From NCBI GenBank assembly GCA_038087875.1, contig CM075988.1, positions 8,930,001 to 8,994,000 on the forward strand: a stretch of 64,000 nt of DNA. The letters run 5' to 3'. Both the position numbers and the translations under genes were made by a program. Source of the DNA: Malacoraja senta. Lineage: Eukaryota. This document shows positions 1 to 13,021 of this stretch, piece by piece (position 1 is the first letter of the stretch; each line of letters begins with the position of its first letter). The notes beneath the pieces were generated by a model that worked only from the letters and a program-made list of their open reading frames with translations, was not told the DNA's origin and ran no database searches.

Positions 1-54
1 AGATTCTGTGCATTTACCTGATCTATTCCTCTCATGATTTTATACACCTCTATG

Positions 55-378
55 TTTAGTTTAGTTTAGTTTAGTTTAATTTAGGGATACAGCACAGAAA
101 CAGGCCCTTCAGCCCACCCTGTTCGTGCCGACCAGCGATCCCCACTTATTAACACTATCCTACACCCACTAGGGACAATTTTTACATTTACCAAGCCAAT
201 TAACCTACATACCTGTACACCTTTGGAGTATGGGAGGAAACCGAAGATCTCGAAGAAAACCCACGCAGGTCACGGGGAGAACTCCATACAGACAAGCACC
301 TGTAGTCGGGATCGAACCCAGGTCTCTGGCGCTGCATTCACTGTAAGGAAGCAACACTATCACTGCGCCACTGTGCAG
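55..378 (-). mobile_element. HE1-like tRNA-derived SINE inserted in a CR1 fragment
   Basis: tRNA-like head on minus strand (gtggcgcagtg...ggttcgatcc), conserved central domain, (ctaaa)n tail. Confidence 0.85.
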
Positions 379-379
379 A

Positions 380-720
380 TCCTTCATCCTCCTGCACTCC
401 AAGGAATAAAGCCCTAGGTTGTTCAATCTCTCCCTATAGCTCAGTCCCTCGAGTCCTCGCAACATCCTGGTAAATCTTTTCTGAACCCTTTCAAGCTTGT
501 GAATATCGTTCTTATAGCATGGTGACCAAAACTGAACACAATACTTTACTTGTGGCCTCACCAAAGTCTTGTATAACTGTAATATAACCTCCCAACGTCT
601 GTACTCAGTATTCTGACTGATGAAGGCCAATGTGCCAAAAACATACTTGACCACCCTATCCACCTGTGACGCCACTTTCAAAGAACTTTGCATCTGTACT
701 GCTAGGTCCCTCTGTTCCAC
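380..720 (-). mobile_element. CR1/HER1 LINE RT 3' fragment
   Basis: ORF 205-828 contains LYKTLVRPQVKYCVQFWSP...LERVQKRFTRML, a CR1 RT C-terminal signature. Confidence 0.85.
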
Positions 721-1393
721 AGGGTGGCAGACTGAAGAAGAACAACAGTGAATGATAGAGTTTTTGAATGATAATCTATAAAATTCATGTTTGTCATTCC
801 TAATACTAAATTGTTTTATTCCAGACATATCAGATCAAACCTATACAGTCACAGTTGTGAATGGTGGTTCTTAACTGGATGAGCTGCTTATGTATGGATG
901 AGGTAGCACACCTCTGCTCTGGTGCTGAAGGAGGAGGTTCCAAAAAATATCCTTCTCTTCATCACGATAGGACCAGACAACCTCCTGACTATAATTCCAG
1001 AGATGTACTGGAGAATTAACAGCACCTCTAGTTAATCTGTTACAGCAGTGTTACAACACTGGCATCTAACCAACAATGTGCAGCGTTTAGTCACATTGTT
1101 CAACTTGCATAATGCAACCACATGATACACATTTATTTATATATACATTGAAGTTAAGCAAAATATTAATCTTCCTGCACTTGCACTTGCATGCCTTGCT
1201 GCACTAAATCTTGTAGGATGAAAAGCCGTACGATTAAAAGATTAAGTATTTTGTAAGCACAGAAAATAATGAAAGAATAAAAGTTTGTTGCACTATTTTC
1301 AACTGAATGCACTCCTCATACTTATTTCCATATTAATCTTCAGAATGTAATTCTCTTTTCTCTCCTCTCCCTACCACCTGCTATTCAATGCAG

Positions 1394-1464
1394 CCATTGG
1401 TCTAGACCCTGCAGATTGGGCAGCACAATTAGAGGATCGATTCTACAACAACCATATATTCAAG
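1394..1464 (+). CDS. SPA17: SPA17 coding exon (end of RIIa/DD region); upstream exons lie before the window
   Basis: tgcag acceptor and AAG/gtaagt donor; 71 nt, phase 1 to 0; encodes IGLDPADWAAQLEDRFYNNHIFK, matching recalled human Sp17 FDPAEWGSKVEDRFYNNHAFE. Confidence 0.92.
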
Positions 1465-3550
1465 GTAAGTGCTTGCACGTTTTGACACTTTGGGAGATTG
1501 TGTTATATTTTTAAGTTCCCAAATAAGTGAAACACAATTTAAGACATACAGTATTGGAAAACCATTTATGGCACATTTACCCCTATAGTGGTGTAGAATC
1601 TCATTTTGCATCTTCTATTGCCAGAAGGGTGAAGCCTTTGGAGAAATTGATATACAATATTACAATACAAAGCCTTAATCATTGTCTTAAAAATTAGTGG
1701 GGGTTTGATCAGGTAGGCAGAGAAAATAGCTTTATTGCAGGAGAATCAATGACCAAAGGTTTTAGGCCTTTCTACTTTTTGTCTGAAGGTTTACTCAAAG
1801 CCATCTGCAAGTTGAATTAATCCTCTAACAGTTTAAATTCTGCAAGCATCATATTTATACAATCATATAAATTGGGCTACTTGTTTGCTTGGATTATGTG
1901 AGAGTCAGATGGGAGTGGGTGAACAGTCCGGATGCGGATGTGGTCAAGACGCAAAGGCCTTGCGGTATCCTATGGATAGCCGTTCCTTTAGCTGTTCCTT
2001 GATATCACGTGGAATTAAACAAATTGGCATCTTTTGTGCTGGGGACTTCTGGAGGAGATGTGTTTCCAACACCAATTCCACATTGCAAATGAGCATTTTG
2101 GACTCAAAATCAATGCACGGATGCTGAATGTGCTAATGTGATGATGCTGTAAATTATATATATTTTTTGATTCACCCGTCTATTGAAAATAAATGTACTA
2201 ATAGCTGACAAAAGGATAAAGAATTTGAGTTAAAATTAGCTTGTGGCAATAAAGGTATTTGTGTCTGAGAATGTTATTAAGATCTTAGTGTTGCTATTCC
2301 ATCCCCAGTAGATACAGTAATTGAATTTACTTTCTTGTCAGTCATGTTTGTTCAATTTTATGTAATTCATTGCTGATACCTCAAAAATCTAAAACTATAT
2401 TTGTTTATTCTTTCATTTTGCTGTTGTTTACCTCACATTTGTGTTTCATAATCCTTAATTTTGCAAAATTCTATGCAAAAATACTTGCCATCTTTAGGAT
2501 GCATCAACAAGGATTGGATGCATCAACAAGGATTAGTACCTCACTGACGTTTTGCCCAAATTGATGGGTTTACATTGATGCCTGTATAGCACAGGAAATT
2601 TCAACATTTGACATAAACAGGAGTTGTGAAGATTCTCTTTCTGTCTCATGGAAGGGATCCAGCTAGCACATGGGAACATGTATGGATTGTATGCATTGAG
2701 ACAAAAAAGACATTCAGGAGGATTCCACCCCCGACCTCCTCCAAGGGAAGAGTCATCTATAGCGTCTGTTTTGTGCAACACTAAAAGACCTCGATCCAAA
2801 TGTGGATAGAAATAGAAGATCTGAGATAATGGGATGAATCAATGCCTTCCTGTGTTTTCCCACAGGCTTTCATCCAAACATACACACCAAAAGTATATTC
2901 AAAGCTTTTGAAATGCTCGCATTTGCACTGCTTTATGGCAACCAGGCATAATGTAGCTTTAGGTCAGAGGGAGAAAGTTCAAAGGAGATATGTGGGGCAA
3001 AGATTTTTACACAGAGAGTGGTGGATGCCTGGAACAACTGCTCAGGGTGATGGTGGAACAGGTAATAGTGGCGTATAAGAGGCTTTTAGATTGGCACATA
3101 GATATACAGGGGATGGAGGGATTTGGATCATGCAGAGGAAATGAGTTTAAACTGGGACATTACAGTATGTTCAGCACAGACATTGTGGGCTAAAGGTCCT
3201 GTTCCTGTGTTCTGTATGTTCTAAGTAAGTCATCATCACACCATTCTCATACTCACCACTGATACAATGTGTGCACAATTCGGAGTGGCACTGAAGACTG
3301 ATTTACAGTTCTCAGAGAAGGACAAGCAAATGGTAGTACCAGAGGAAGAACAGCAATTTGCAGTCTGAAAGTTTAATTGAGAATGATCAATGACTAATCT
3401 GACATTTTTAACAGTGGTGAAATAGGATAGCCATAATTTGTCACTGCAATTCGACAGAGAAGTGGATGAAAATTTCCAACAAGTACATCAGTGAATTGGG
3501 CAGCACATTTCTTGGTATTATAGATTATCATTGTCTTATTCTGGATAGAG

Positions 3551-4580
3551 TAGGTATGTTACAAAACTTACCTTCAGTCGCGCTGTAATTCTGCCACTGG
3601 CCGTTTGCGCGATTTTGGCAACTTTAAGGGGGGGCGGGGTTAAAACCTCCCTTGTCCTGGTTAATATTTTGTTGGAGTACAAGCCTTGGCAGACAAATCG
3701 TTCCTAGTGGCGATTTGTGTATTTTTTATTTTTATTAAATCGTCAATGTCAGCGCTAGAGTAATTTTAAAATCAGCTCCTGAAGCGTCAACGCCGATAAC
3801 GGGGACGGATTTCACACACAGGACAGGTAAACGAAAGTGGTTTCTTTAAATGTATAAAAGTGCTTCTTAAGAAGCCTTTAATTCACATTTTTGCATGCGA
3901 CACGGTGATTTTATTCCCCGAATTAACGGCAGTATTTTTCATGCCAATACGGGGTTAAATTCACCGCAAATGAACGTTCCAAAAGATCGCGTTCCAGAAA
4001 TCCTCACTCACAAGATGATTTAAATCCCCATTAATTTACAGGTATTAAACATTCAATTCCTTCCATTTGGCCTGTAAATTCATGAAAATGAGATTTTAAA
4101 ATTATGTTATATTGTGAATTATTGTGTGAATGTTATTTGGACACTTAGGCTATTTAAGAATGTTAATCTATTCTTAAGAAATTGATAGATGTTTAGATCT
4201 AGTAATTGAATTTTGTAATTAGCTACAATTAGGTAACTAACTAATTATTTGCTTTACTTTCATGTCTTCGAAGTAAGATTGTTTCATATTTGTTTCAGAA
4301 TGCTTCAATCTATAATAACTGAAAATTTCTTTCAGTTATCATAATTTTTAAGAAAGTTATGGGCTTTTAACTGTCCTCGATCACAGCTTTTGTGTTAAGT
4401 CAATGGAAAAGCAATAGGGAACTAGATGCCAATTTCTGAGTATGATAATGGCCATAACTTTTTTAATACTGAAGATATGAAAGTGAATTAAGTGTCAAAT
4501 TAAACTTCTTTTTATGCTTTATCTGATGGGATAAATTGCAGACTTTATTTTAAAAATCTCAAAATTTTGTAACATTGCTA
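3551..4580. mobile_element. Non-autonomous TIR DNA transposon with 7-bp TSD
   Basis: Termini taggtatgttacaaaa ... ttttgtaacattgcta are imperfect inverted repeats; gatagag flanks both sides (3544-3550, 4581-4587). Confidence 0.8.
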
Positions 4581-4904
4581 GATAGAGATGAATGTGTGCA
4601 AGTTGTGGGTGGTAATGACCTGCCATTAACAATGCCAAAACCATTGCAGGGTTTAGCCAAATCTCCTTGCAGTTTCCTGGGTCTGTAAAGGCAATGCTCT
4701 ATTTCTAGCTAGCTGTATCAAGACCTATGATAGTCAGTGACTTTACAAAAGGTAGAGGTACCCACGCTGATTCCTTCTATCAATGAGAGAGAAGATGCAG
4801 GCCAGAGTATATATATATATATATATACAAAAGAAAAAAAGCTGAGCCAAAATGAGGGCAGGTAAAAATGGCCAATAATTCAAACCAAAATAAAGAGTTA
4901 TTTA

Positions 4905-5260
4905 TCTAAAGATGAAGAATGTAATATTGAGGGCTGCAGGCTGCACTGTGCCCAGATCCAAAACGAGGTGTTCTTCCTCAGGTTTGTGTTGAGCCTCATT
5001 GTAACAGTGTATGAGGCCACAGGCAAAAAGGTCAGGGTCTTGAGCAAAACACAAAATGTTGGAGGAACTAAGCAGGTCAGGAAGCATCTGTGGAGGGAAT
5101 GGACAGGTGACGTTTCGCAGGTCAGGACCCTTCTGGAGTCCCAATAAGGATCTCAACCTGAAATGTCACTATCCAATCCTTCCACAGATGCCTGACCAGC
5201 GGAGTTCCTCCAGCACTTTGTGTTTTGCAAAATATTCCAGCATCTGCAGTTCCTTGTATC
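4905..5260 (-). mobile_element. Penelope-like element remnant (GIY-YIG C-terminus and inverted terminal repeat)
   Basis: ORF 4902-5156 has GLIHCYNEAQHKPEEEHLVLDLG, homologous to 45870-46193; inverted pLTR-type sequence at 5040-5260. Confidence 0.7.
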
Positions 5261-5495
5261 TCCATGTTTGGGGTCTTTCCAGGCGATGCATTAATTCACT
5301 TGCACATCTTCCAATATAGTGTGCTGCATTCAGAATTCACAGTGGCTTCCTTTAGAATGGAGAAACCAAAGACTGATTGGTACCAGTGGTCAGTTTGCAG
5401 GAGTGACCCCGACCGACCTTCTGCATCTTTAATTCACCACTCCATTCACACTCATACTTGCTGCACATATCTCACAGCCTAGCTATTATATCATG

Positions 5496-6880
5496 CTAGA
5501 CCAAGTGCAGACCCCTTGGATCTGCTCCCCCAACGCAATATTCCATCACTCACCTGTTCCTCCCAATGCAACCCATTCCCCCAACACAATATACCACCAC
5601 TTTCTCTCCCCTCTCCTCTCCCCCCCTCTCCTCTTCCCACCCCCTCCGATCCTCGGCACAGTGAAAGAATGCGGCGGTCGGGGTCTGGGTCTGGGGGTGG
5701 GCTGAATCACCCTGTGTGGGGGTCGGGGGTGAATCACCCCATGTGGGGGTCGAGGGGGTGAATTACCCCATGTGTGGGTCAGGGTCGGGGTGGGGTGAAT
5801 TACTCCGTGTGGGGGTGGGGATCGGGGGGGGGTGAATCACCCGTGTGGGGGTCGGGGTCGGGAGGGTGAATTACCCCGTATGGGGGTGGGGGTGCGGGTT
5901 GGGGGGGATGAATCACCCCGTGTGGGGGTCGGGGTAGGGAGGGTGAATCACCCCGTGTGTGGGTCGGGGCCCGGTGTGGGGGGGTCAGGGTCCAGGGGGG
6001 TGAATCACCCCAGTGTGGGGGTCGGGGTCGGGGTCCGGTTCCGGTGCAGCGTGGTCAGTGATTCTGGGTGGGCGGAGGGACCAGACTGTCCGCAACTCTG
6101 CTGCAGCTGACGTATACGTTTCCGGGTTTTGTGTCGCCGTGTGTCCGCTGCCTGGAGCCGCGGCCCCGCTCCATCCGGCCCTGTGTGTGGGCGCTGCCAA
6201 CCCACAGCCCATCACAGTGCGGCCGCACGGGGAGACGGGGCGGAAGACGGAAGGCGGCAGTGGCTGGAGAGTGCTGACTCCGGGGGGAGAGTGAGGCTGT
6301 CCTGAGGGATCCGCTCCTTCCGCCACTTACACCGGTTGACTGAGTGCCCCTTGGTGCTCGGGTTCAGAGCACTCAGTCACCCTCCAGCCTTGGGCGGTCG
6401 TGGGCTGGGACTTGCCCTCAATCCACCGGCACCCTGCTCTTTCGCAAGTCAATGAAGAAAACCATCTGTATCTTCTCTCTGTCCGTGAGCAGCAGTGATG
6501 TTTCATTGCTGTTGCGGTTTTTACAAGGTGCACCCTTTGACCTTATAATCTTCCGTGCAACCCCCCTATTCGAATTCGGCCCTCCCCCTGACGGCACTCG
6601 AAGCTGGTGCCCGCCCACATTGCGGGCCATTGCGACGTCACTTTGGAAGCAGGTTGAAAGATTTTCCGTTTAAAAACCTGGTTTTCGGTATTTTTAAAAT
6701 GCTGTAACTTGGGAAATATATGTGGAAATGTGACGGAAAGATGTTTATCACCACCACGGGAAAAATGTGAGTATGATGTGTGAAAATGGGAAGTCTATGG
6801 CCTAGCGTTTGGAAGAAGATAGGAAAACCAGATTGACACATCGTGGGCACAAACAAGATGAAGACTTGCTTATATTGAGA
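5496..6880 (-). mobile_element. Non-autonomous Helitron containing a G-rich minisatellite
   Basis: Minus-strand 3' end: imperfect hairpin 5509-5523 followed by CTAG (5496-5499), same terminus as 20928 and 27218; candidate 5' TC end at 6880. Confidence 0.6.
5695..6035. repeat. Minisatellite of about 30-bp units, each with palindrome ggggtgaatcacccc
   Basis: About ten visible units gggtgaat(c/t)acccc(g/a)tgtgggggtcgg. Confidence 0.9.
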
Positions 6881-6931
6881 TTACAGACTTGGAAGCTGAA
6901 TTTGATCTTAACTGCCCCTTAATGACCACAT

Positions 6932-8994
6932 CTCGAACCCAGTCAGTTCTCTCCCTGTGATTATGAATATTTTAGAACGCTTTGGTGCATATTCTGGTTA
7001 TAAACTCAACTACCAAAAGAGTGAGCTATTACCGATTAACTTACCGGCTAAGCAGCTCCCTCGCTCTTTAACCTCATTCAAATGGGCAGAAGATGGGTTC
7101 CGCTATCTCGGCGTTTTTATCACAATACCCTTATCTGATATGTTCCGCACAAACTTTTTGCCTCTGGTTGAGAAAGCCGAAAAAGATTTTGACCGCTGGT
7201 CAGTTTTACCGCTATCCCTCGTGGGCCGGATAAATCTGGTTAAGATGGTTGTTCTACCCAAATTCCTGTATCTTTTCCAGCATGTCCCCATACTTATCAC
7301 TAAATCTTTTTTTGATAAATTAGATAGGACAGTATCTAAATTTTTATGGGGTAGCAAACCGGTCAGAATCCGAAAGGCGATACTGCAGTTGCCTAAGAGT
7401 GATGGCGGTTTGGCCCTCCCAGATTTTAGGCGATACTATTGGGCAGCTAACTTGCAAAAACTCCTGTATTGGATGAATGATGATTGCGAGCACCCACCGA
7501 TCTGGGTATATATGGAAAAGGCGAGTTCACGTCTCCCGTTGCGGTCTGTCCTATGCACCCAACTCCCCCTTTCTATAACATCTGTGGGTGCAGGCCCAAT
7601 TGTGTCCCTTTCGCTCAAGATATGGAGTCAATTTAGGAAAAACCTCGGTTTACAGGGTCCTTCCATCTTGACCCCACTGCTTAAAAATCACATCTTTAAA
7701 CCTTCAAGTATACACCACGCATTTAAAACCTGGCATAGCAATGGCATCAGTAGTATCAAAAACCTATACAAGGATGGCATCTTCTCATCTTTCGCGGAGC
7801 TCTCGTCTAACTACAACCTCCCAAACTCCCACCTTTTTCGGTTTTTCCAGATTAGGGATTTTGTGAAGAAGACATTTCCCTACTTCCCAAATCGCCCTCC
7901 TGAAACCCTGACTGATATCATCTTAGCTTTAGACCCCAACCGGAAGAAATGCATCTCTATTTTGTATAATTTGCTAGGGTCGGTTTTATTGAAACCTCAT
8001 ACCTCATTAAAAGCTGCGTGGGAGGGAGAGCTGAATACGAAATTAACAGACCAGCAATGGGACTCTGCCTTGGATTTGATCCATTCTTCTTCCATACGTG
8101 CTCGTCATGGCCTAATCCAATGCAAATTCCTTTACAAAGTCCACTACACAAATGCAAGATTAGCTAGAATGTACCCAGCTGTTAATGACACCTGCAACAG
8201 ATGTAATCAATCTCCCGCCAACCATAGCCATATTTTTTGGTCTTGCCCTAAGCTAACAGCCTTTTGGAGGAGTGTTTTCGAATTGATAAGCAGAGCTTAC
8301 GACCAGACTATTCTTCCAAATCCAATGTCAGCCATTTTCGGTACCCCTCCCAGTACCAACCTCTCTGTTGCGGTGAAACGTGTCCTAGCTTTTACAACCT
8401 TGCCAGCCCGGAGACTGATTTTGCTTAGTTGGAGGCTTACCTGTCCCCCGACACACGCCCGTTGGATTAAGGAGGTGCTTTACAATCTGAAACTTGAAAA
8501 ACTCAGGTTCTCTCTCAAAGGTTCCAAGACATTCCTAGATACATGGAACCCTTTCTTTGAACTGGTTAACTCTCTTAACTTGTCCCCGGACTCGGAAGAG
8601 GACTGAGTGTTCTCCATCATCGTTTTGTTCTACAGCAGCTGCTTTCCCCTTAATCCCCCCCTCCCCACAATTATTTATTTAAATATATATGTGTGTGTGT
8701 ATATATATTAAAAAAAAATCTTTTTCTTTTTTACTTTTTTTTTTTCCCCTTTATTTTTATATAGCACATTTTGTTTCGTTTATTCTACCATTTGTGTGTG
8801 GATGTGTATGTATGTGAGTGTTGTTTGTCCCCGTTTGGCTCCGACCTGACTTGGGTGGGTTGAAGGTGGGTAAGGGTAAGGGTTTTGAGGATCGCTTACA
8901 TACTGTTGTACAATTATGCCTTGACTGTTACTGTCTGTTATCATTGTATGTATGCAAATTGCTGTGAAATTCAAATAAAAAGATTTAAATCATC
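6932..8994 (+). mobile_element. 5'-truncated L1 LINE (ORF2 end of RT to CCHC region, intact 549-aa frame)
   Basis: SGYKLNYQKS, FRYLGV, GRINLVKM, GGLALPDF and CNRC...HIFWSC motifs; AATAAA near 8974; 10-bp TSD atgaccacat at 6922-6931 and 8995-9004. Confidence 0.92.
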
Positions 8995-10456
8995 ATGACC
9001 ACATTAGGCCACCTGGTCTCCCCCTATCAGAGATATTTGGTGTGTTCTACCGTCCACCTCCCTCTTTCTCTGTCTAAAACTAATGATATCTCTCTTTACC
9101 AGTTCAGGTATAGGACCTTGGACCTGAAACATCAACAGTTTCTCTTCCACAGAGGCTGCATGTTCTGCAAAGAGTTTTCCACATGTCCTGTTTATATTTC
9201 AGATTTCCAGCATCTGTAGGGTTTTTTGCTGAATTTCATTTAGATTAACTTCTGCATTTGAGGTTATTTTAACTGGAGTTTCTCACTTGATAACATCAAG
9301 CCTGTGATCTATCATTTCTAATCTTTTCACCTGTTTGAGAGCCAAATCTTGGCATACAAATTCACTGGTAGCACAAAGGTGATGCATGCTTACATGTCAG
9401 TGGGTGTTATCTCTCATGTTAATTAGACCTCATACATGATTCCCAAGACAGGTTTGACTATCAAATTTTCCTCACCACTTACCTTTAAGCAATCTTACAC
9501 CATTAACAGGAAGACTTGGTACTTTTAATGCCCACTATATTTGAACAACATTTAACAGGAATGCAATGTTAAAAGCAAAAAGCACAGAATTATGTCCTTA
9601 TTCGCCTTAAATTTCGATTGAAACATTACAATCAGGAAGAATTTCTGCAGTGTAAAGTCTTAGGCCTGAAAAGTCATTAATTAACATTGGGATCACAGCC
9701 TCTGACGGGACGAATGTGTAGAGCACCGTGTCTCTCACTCTACATTTTCTCCCTATAACATGGAATATTAAAATGCAGTTCTAGTCAAGCAGTGCACTGG
9801 CATTCTGTTGTTTGTATCATATTTATTTTGACTGCAATTATTTTTAATTATACTTTCATTCTCCACAAATTATAGGAATTTCCTCATTATGTTTTCAATT
9901 TGATTATAAGATTTGGACATAGAACGCCACTTATGAACAGGAAATCTGCTTAATGTAAATCAGATTCGTAATACTGTCAGATTTGAAACCCCACTTATTT
10001 TTCCCATCTGATCTCCCCAATCACAATGCTTGTGCACAGACTGAGCAGCAGAAATGTCTCAATATAAAAGATTTCTGAAATGGAAATGAAAGGAATGTCT
10101 CGACTTCTCTCTGCAATGTGGATCTCCGTGTGCAGAATCATTGGCGTAAATTGCATCCTAACACTCTGTGTGCCGACATATGGTGTGCTGGGAAATATTA
10201 CCAGCCTCATCCATACACACCTGATGCAGCACTAAAGAACAGAAAATATAACAGAATACATTATCATTGTCAATGAGTTTAAGGAGGAACTGCAGATGCT
10301 GGAAAAATCGGAGGTAGACACAAATGCTGGAGAAACTCAGCGGGTGAGGCAGCAGCTCTACCAGCTGAGTAAGAATAATCAACATACATTTCACAGCAAA
10401 GTAATATAATCTAATGATCTGATGGTACAGCAAATGCAATAAAAATAAGAAATTGG

Positions 10457-10730
10457 GGGCAATTCTCTGGCACAGCTGGTAGAGCTGCTGCCTCACAATG
10501 CCAGAGACTCGGGTTCAATCCTGACCTCGGGTGCTGACTTGTTTGGTGTTTGCAAGTTCTGCTGGTGAGCCTCTGGGTTTCCTCCGGGTGCTCCTGTTTC
10601 CACCCATATCCCAAAGACGTGCAGGGTTGTAGGTTAATTGACTACTGTAAATTGCTGTTAGAATGTAGGATGTGGATGTGAAAGTGGGATAACATAGAAC
10701 TAATGTGAAATGGTGATCAATGGTCGGAGG
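10457..10730 (+). mobile_element. HE1-like SINE
   Basis: tggcacagctggtagagctgctgcc...gggttcaatcctgacc head plus central domain. Confidence 0.8.
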
Positions 10731-10849
10731 TTTACCAATGACTGTATTGTTGTAGCTGAAACCTTAAATATAACCAAAAAAGGGTAACACATCTATTACC
10801 CAGCTGATTAAGTTCAAGGCCCTTTCCTTAAGAACATAATACAATTCGA

Positions 10850-11150
10850 GGAGCAGCACATTGGTGCAGGTAATAGAGCTGCTTCCGAGCAGCGCCAGAG
10901 ACCTAGGTTCAATCCTGATTTCTGTGTGGAGTTTGCAATTTCTCCCTGTGACCGCATTGGTTTCCTCCGGGCGCTCCTAAATACATACGAGTTTGTAGGT
11001 TAATTGGCTGCTGTAAAGTGCTCCGAATGTGTATGGCGGGGATGCGTAAGTGGGATAACGTAGATCTAGTGTGCATGGGTGATTAATGGTAGCCATGGAA
11101 TTGGTAGGTCGAAGGGCCTTTTTTTCATGCTACATCTTTCAATCAAACTA
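10850..11150 (+). mobile_element. HE1-like SINE
   Basis: Same family sequence, with LINE-derived 3' tail. Confidence 0.8.
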
Positions 11151-11495
11151 TCTCCACAGGGAAGGTCTCTGCATTGTTAAAGGTATCATCCTTTGGATAA
11201 ATTACATAGATTGCTGTCTGATAACTCAAATGTATCCACAGATTTTCATGCCATGATTTGGAGATAAGAAAGGGTTTCAACAATTCTTGAGGCCACCTAA
11301 ATGTCTGAATGTGTTCTGAAATGTCTTTAAACAATGTGATAAGCCAGCGTGTGAACCCAATATATTCTTTATTTGCTTAAACACTAATTTAAGCTCAAAG
11401 GCAAATTATAGTGAATTGTTCTTCACAAAATGCAGCTAATTTGATTGTTGGCCTGCCCTGTATAATTAGAATAATTATCCATTTTCATTTTGCAG

Positions 11496-11585
11496 GAAAA
11501 ACGATCAATTATACCTGAACATGAACCAAAAGCTGCTCCTGTGACGATTGATACAGCATTCCAGGATAAAGATAAAGGTTCAGAT
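11496..11585 (+). CDS. SPA17: SPA17 coding exon (linker)
   Basis: ttttcattttgcag acceptor, gtaagt donor; 90 nt, phase 0-0, open: EKRSIIPEHEPKAAPVTIDTAFQDKDKGSD. Confidence 0.75.
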
Positions 11586-13021
11586 GTAAGTGTCCTAGTT
11601 TCAATTAATGTATTCATAATAGAGTACTTTCTTTCTAACATTTGCTTTTGCATTTTAGAGGCAAGGTAAATAAAACCCACTGGAAAGAAAAAAAAACCTA
11701 CAGAGGATGGAATTGTAAATAAAAATCAGAAAATGCTGGAAATGCTCAGCAGCTCAGGCAGCATCTGTCAAAAGAAAAACAACAATTTAAATAATTTCTT
11801 CAGAAAGATTCTGGCCTGTTGAGTACATCCAGCACTTCTGCCTAAGAAAAAAATTACTGTTAAGTGTTCCAACTAAATTGGTTGGTACATATTGACAAAA
11901 TCTAAAATTCAGTTCACAATACCAAAGGAACATAAGTGAAAGGCTGACACATACATCGTGGGCTGCTAGCAGAGTTGGAAAGAGTAGAAGGAGACAATAA
12001 AGAGGTAGTCTTTTGAAAATGGCAAATTTTGGGATACACAGATTAAAGATGAAATACGTGTAATATATTGGGCAATGGAGTTTGAGATATTGGTTAAAAG
12101 AACGTGAAATCTACCTTGATTTTGAATAATAATTATGCAGGGACATAAGAATGGTACAACAGGAGGTTCAGAGGTGAGGCATTCAGAAAATAAATTGATA
12201 AAATAGCGAGACAAAATGATAATGATAGAACTGAGGTTCAGAATATGACAGTGGGCTCATTAATAATGTGAGCCGTTGTGTAAAGTGAATGTTAATAAAT
12301 TGATTTTCCATTATATGTCTCATTTGATTCTTAGTTTTTTTCAACTTTTATTGGCTAAAAATATTTACACCAACAGTGACAGGTTAGAGGCTAGACATGA
12401 AAGGAGATTTTGATTGTTCATCTCTCATTATATGTCCATCGACTTGTAATTTTGAATCACTGTGGATGTAATTTTGTTTTTAATTGGTTATTGTGTCCCA
12501 CCCTATTATACTCAGATATGAAAACAACACCGTATCTCAGTACCAGGGAAAGTGTGTATCCAAGACAGCATCTTCTGGACTAACTAATTTAAGCATGATG
12601 AGCTTATCATATTGAGCTCACAAGAGTGCTGCATGGAGTATTGTATTGGATAGATGTGGAAAGGCAGAAAATTGCAAGCTCGAGCCTATAGTTAGTCAAC
12701 AGGACAATCCATCAGATTTTATTATTCACTGTGAGATCATTTTCCTTACCACATGTAAACAGGGATCTTCTGCAATTATATTCTGTTTACTTTGTGTGTG
12801 GAGTAATATGAATAGACTAATACAGGTAACCAACCTTTACTCAACTTTGATGTTGAATGCCAGTTTTGTAGAACATTTGAAAATGTTGACAGTATTAAGT
12901 GTTATTACTATTCGCAGGTGAATGTGCTTTCACATTAGGGTTATTATAATGTTAAAATATACTAGTTTGTGTGTTTTTTTTTACATGCTTGATACTTATA
13001 CAAACACATCCTTGCTAATTG

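Noticed and set aside
2499..2560. Candidate exon starting at a 19-bp tandem duplication
   Set aside because: In-frame stops with or without the duplication
5695..6035. CRISPR-like array of palindromic repeats
   Set aside because: Eukaryotic context, spacers are mutually similar G-runs, no cas genes; it is a minisatellite
10457..10530. tRNA genes at SINE heads
   Set aside because: Each continues into SINE body sequence and lacks a complete cloverleaf
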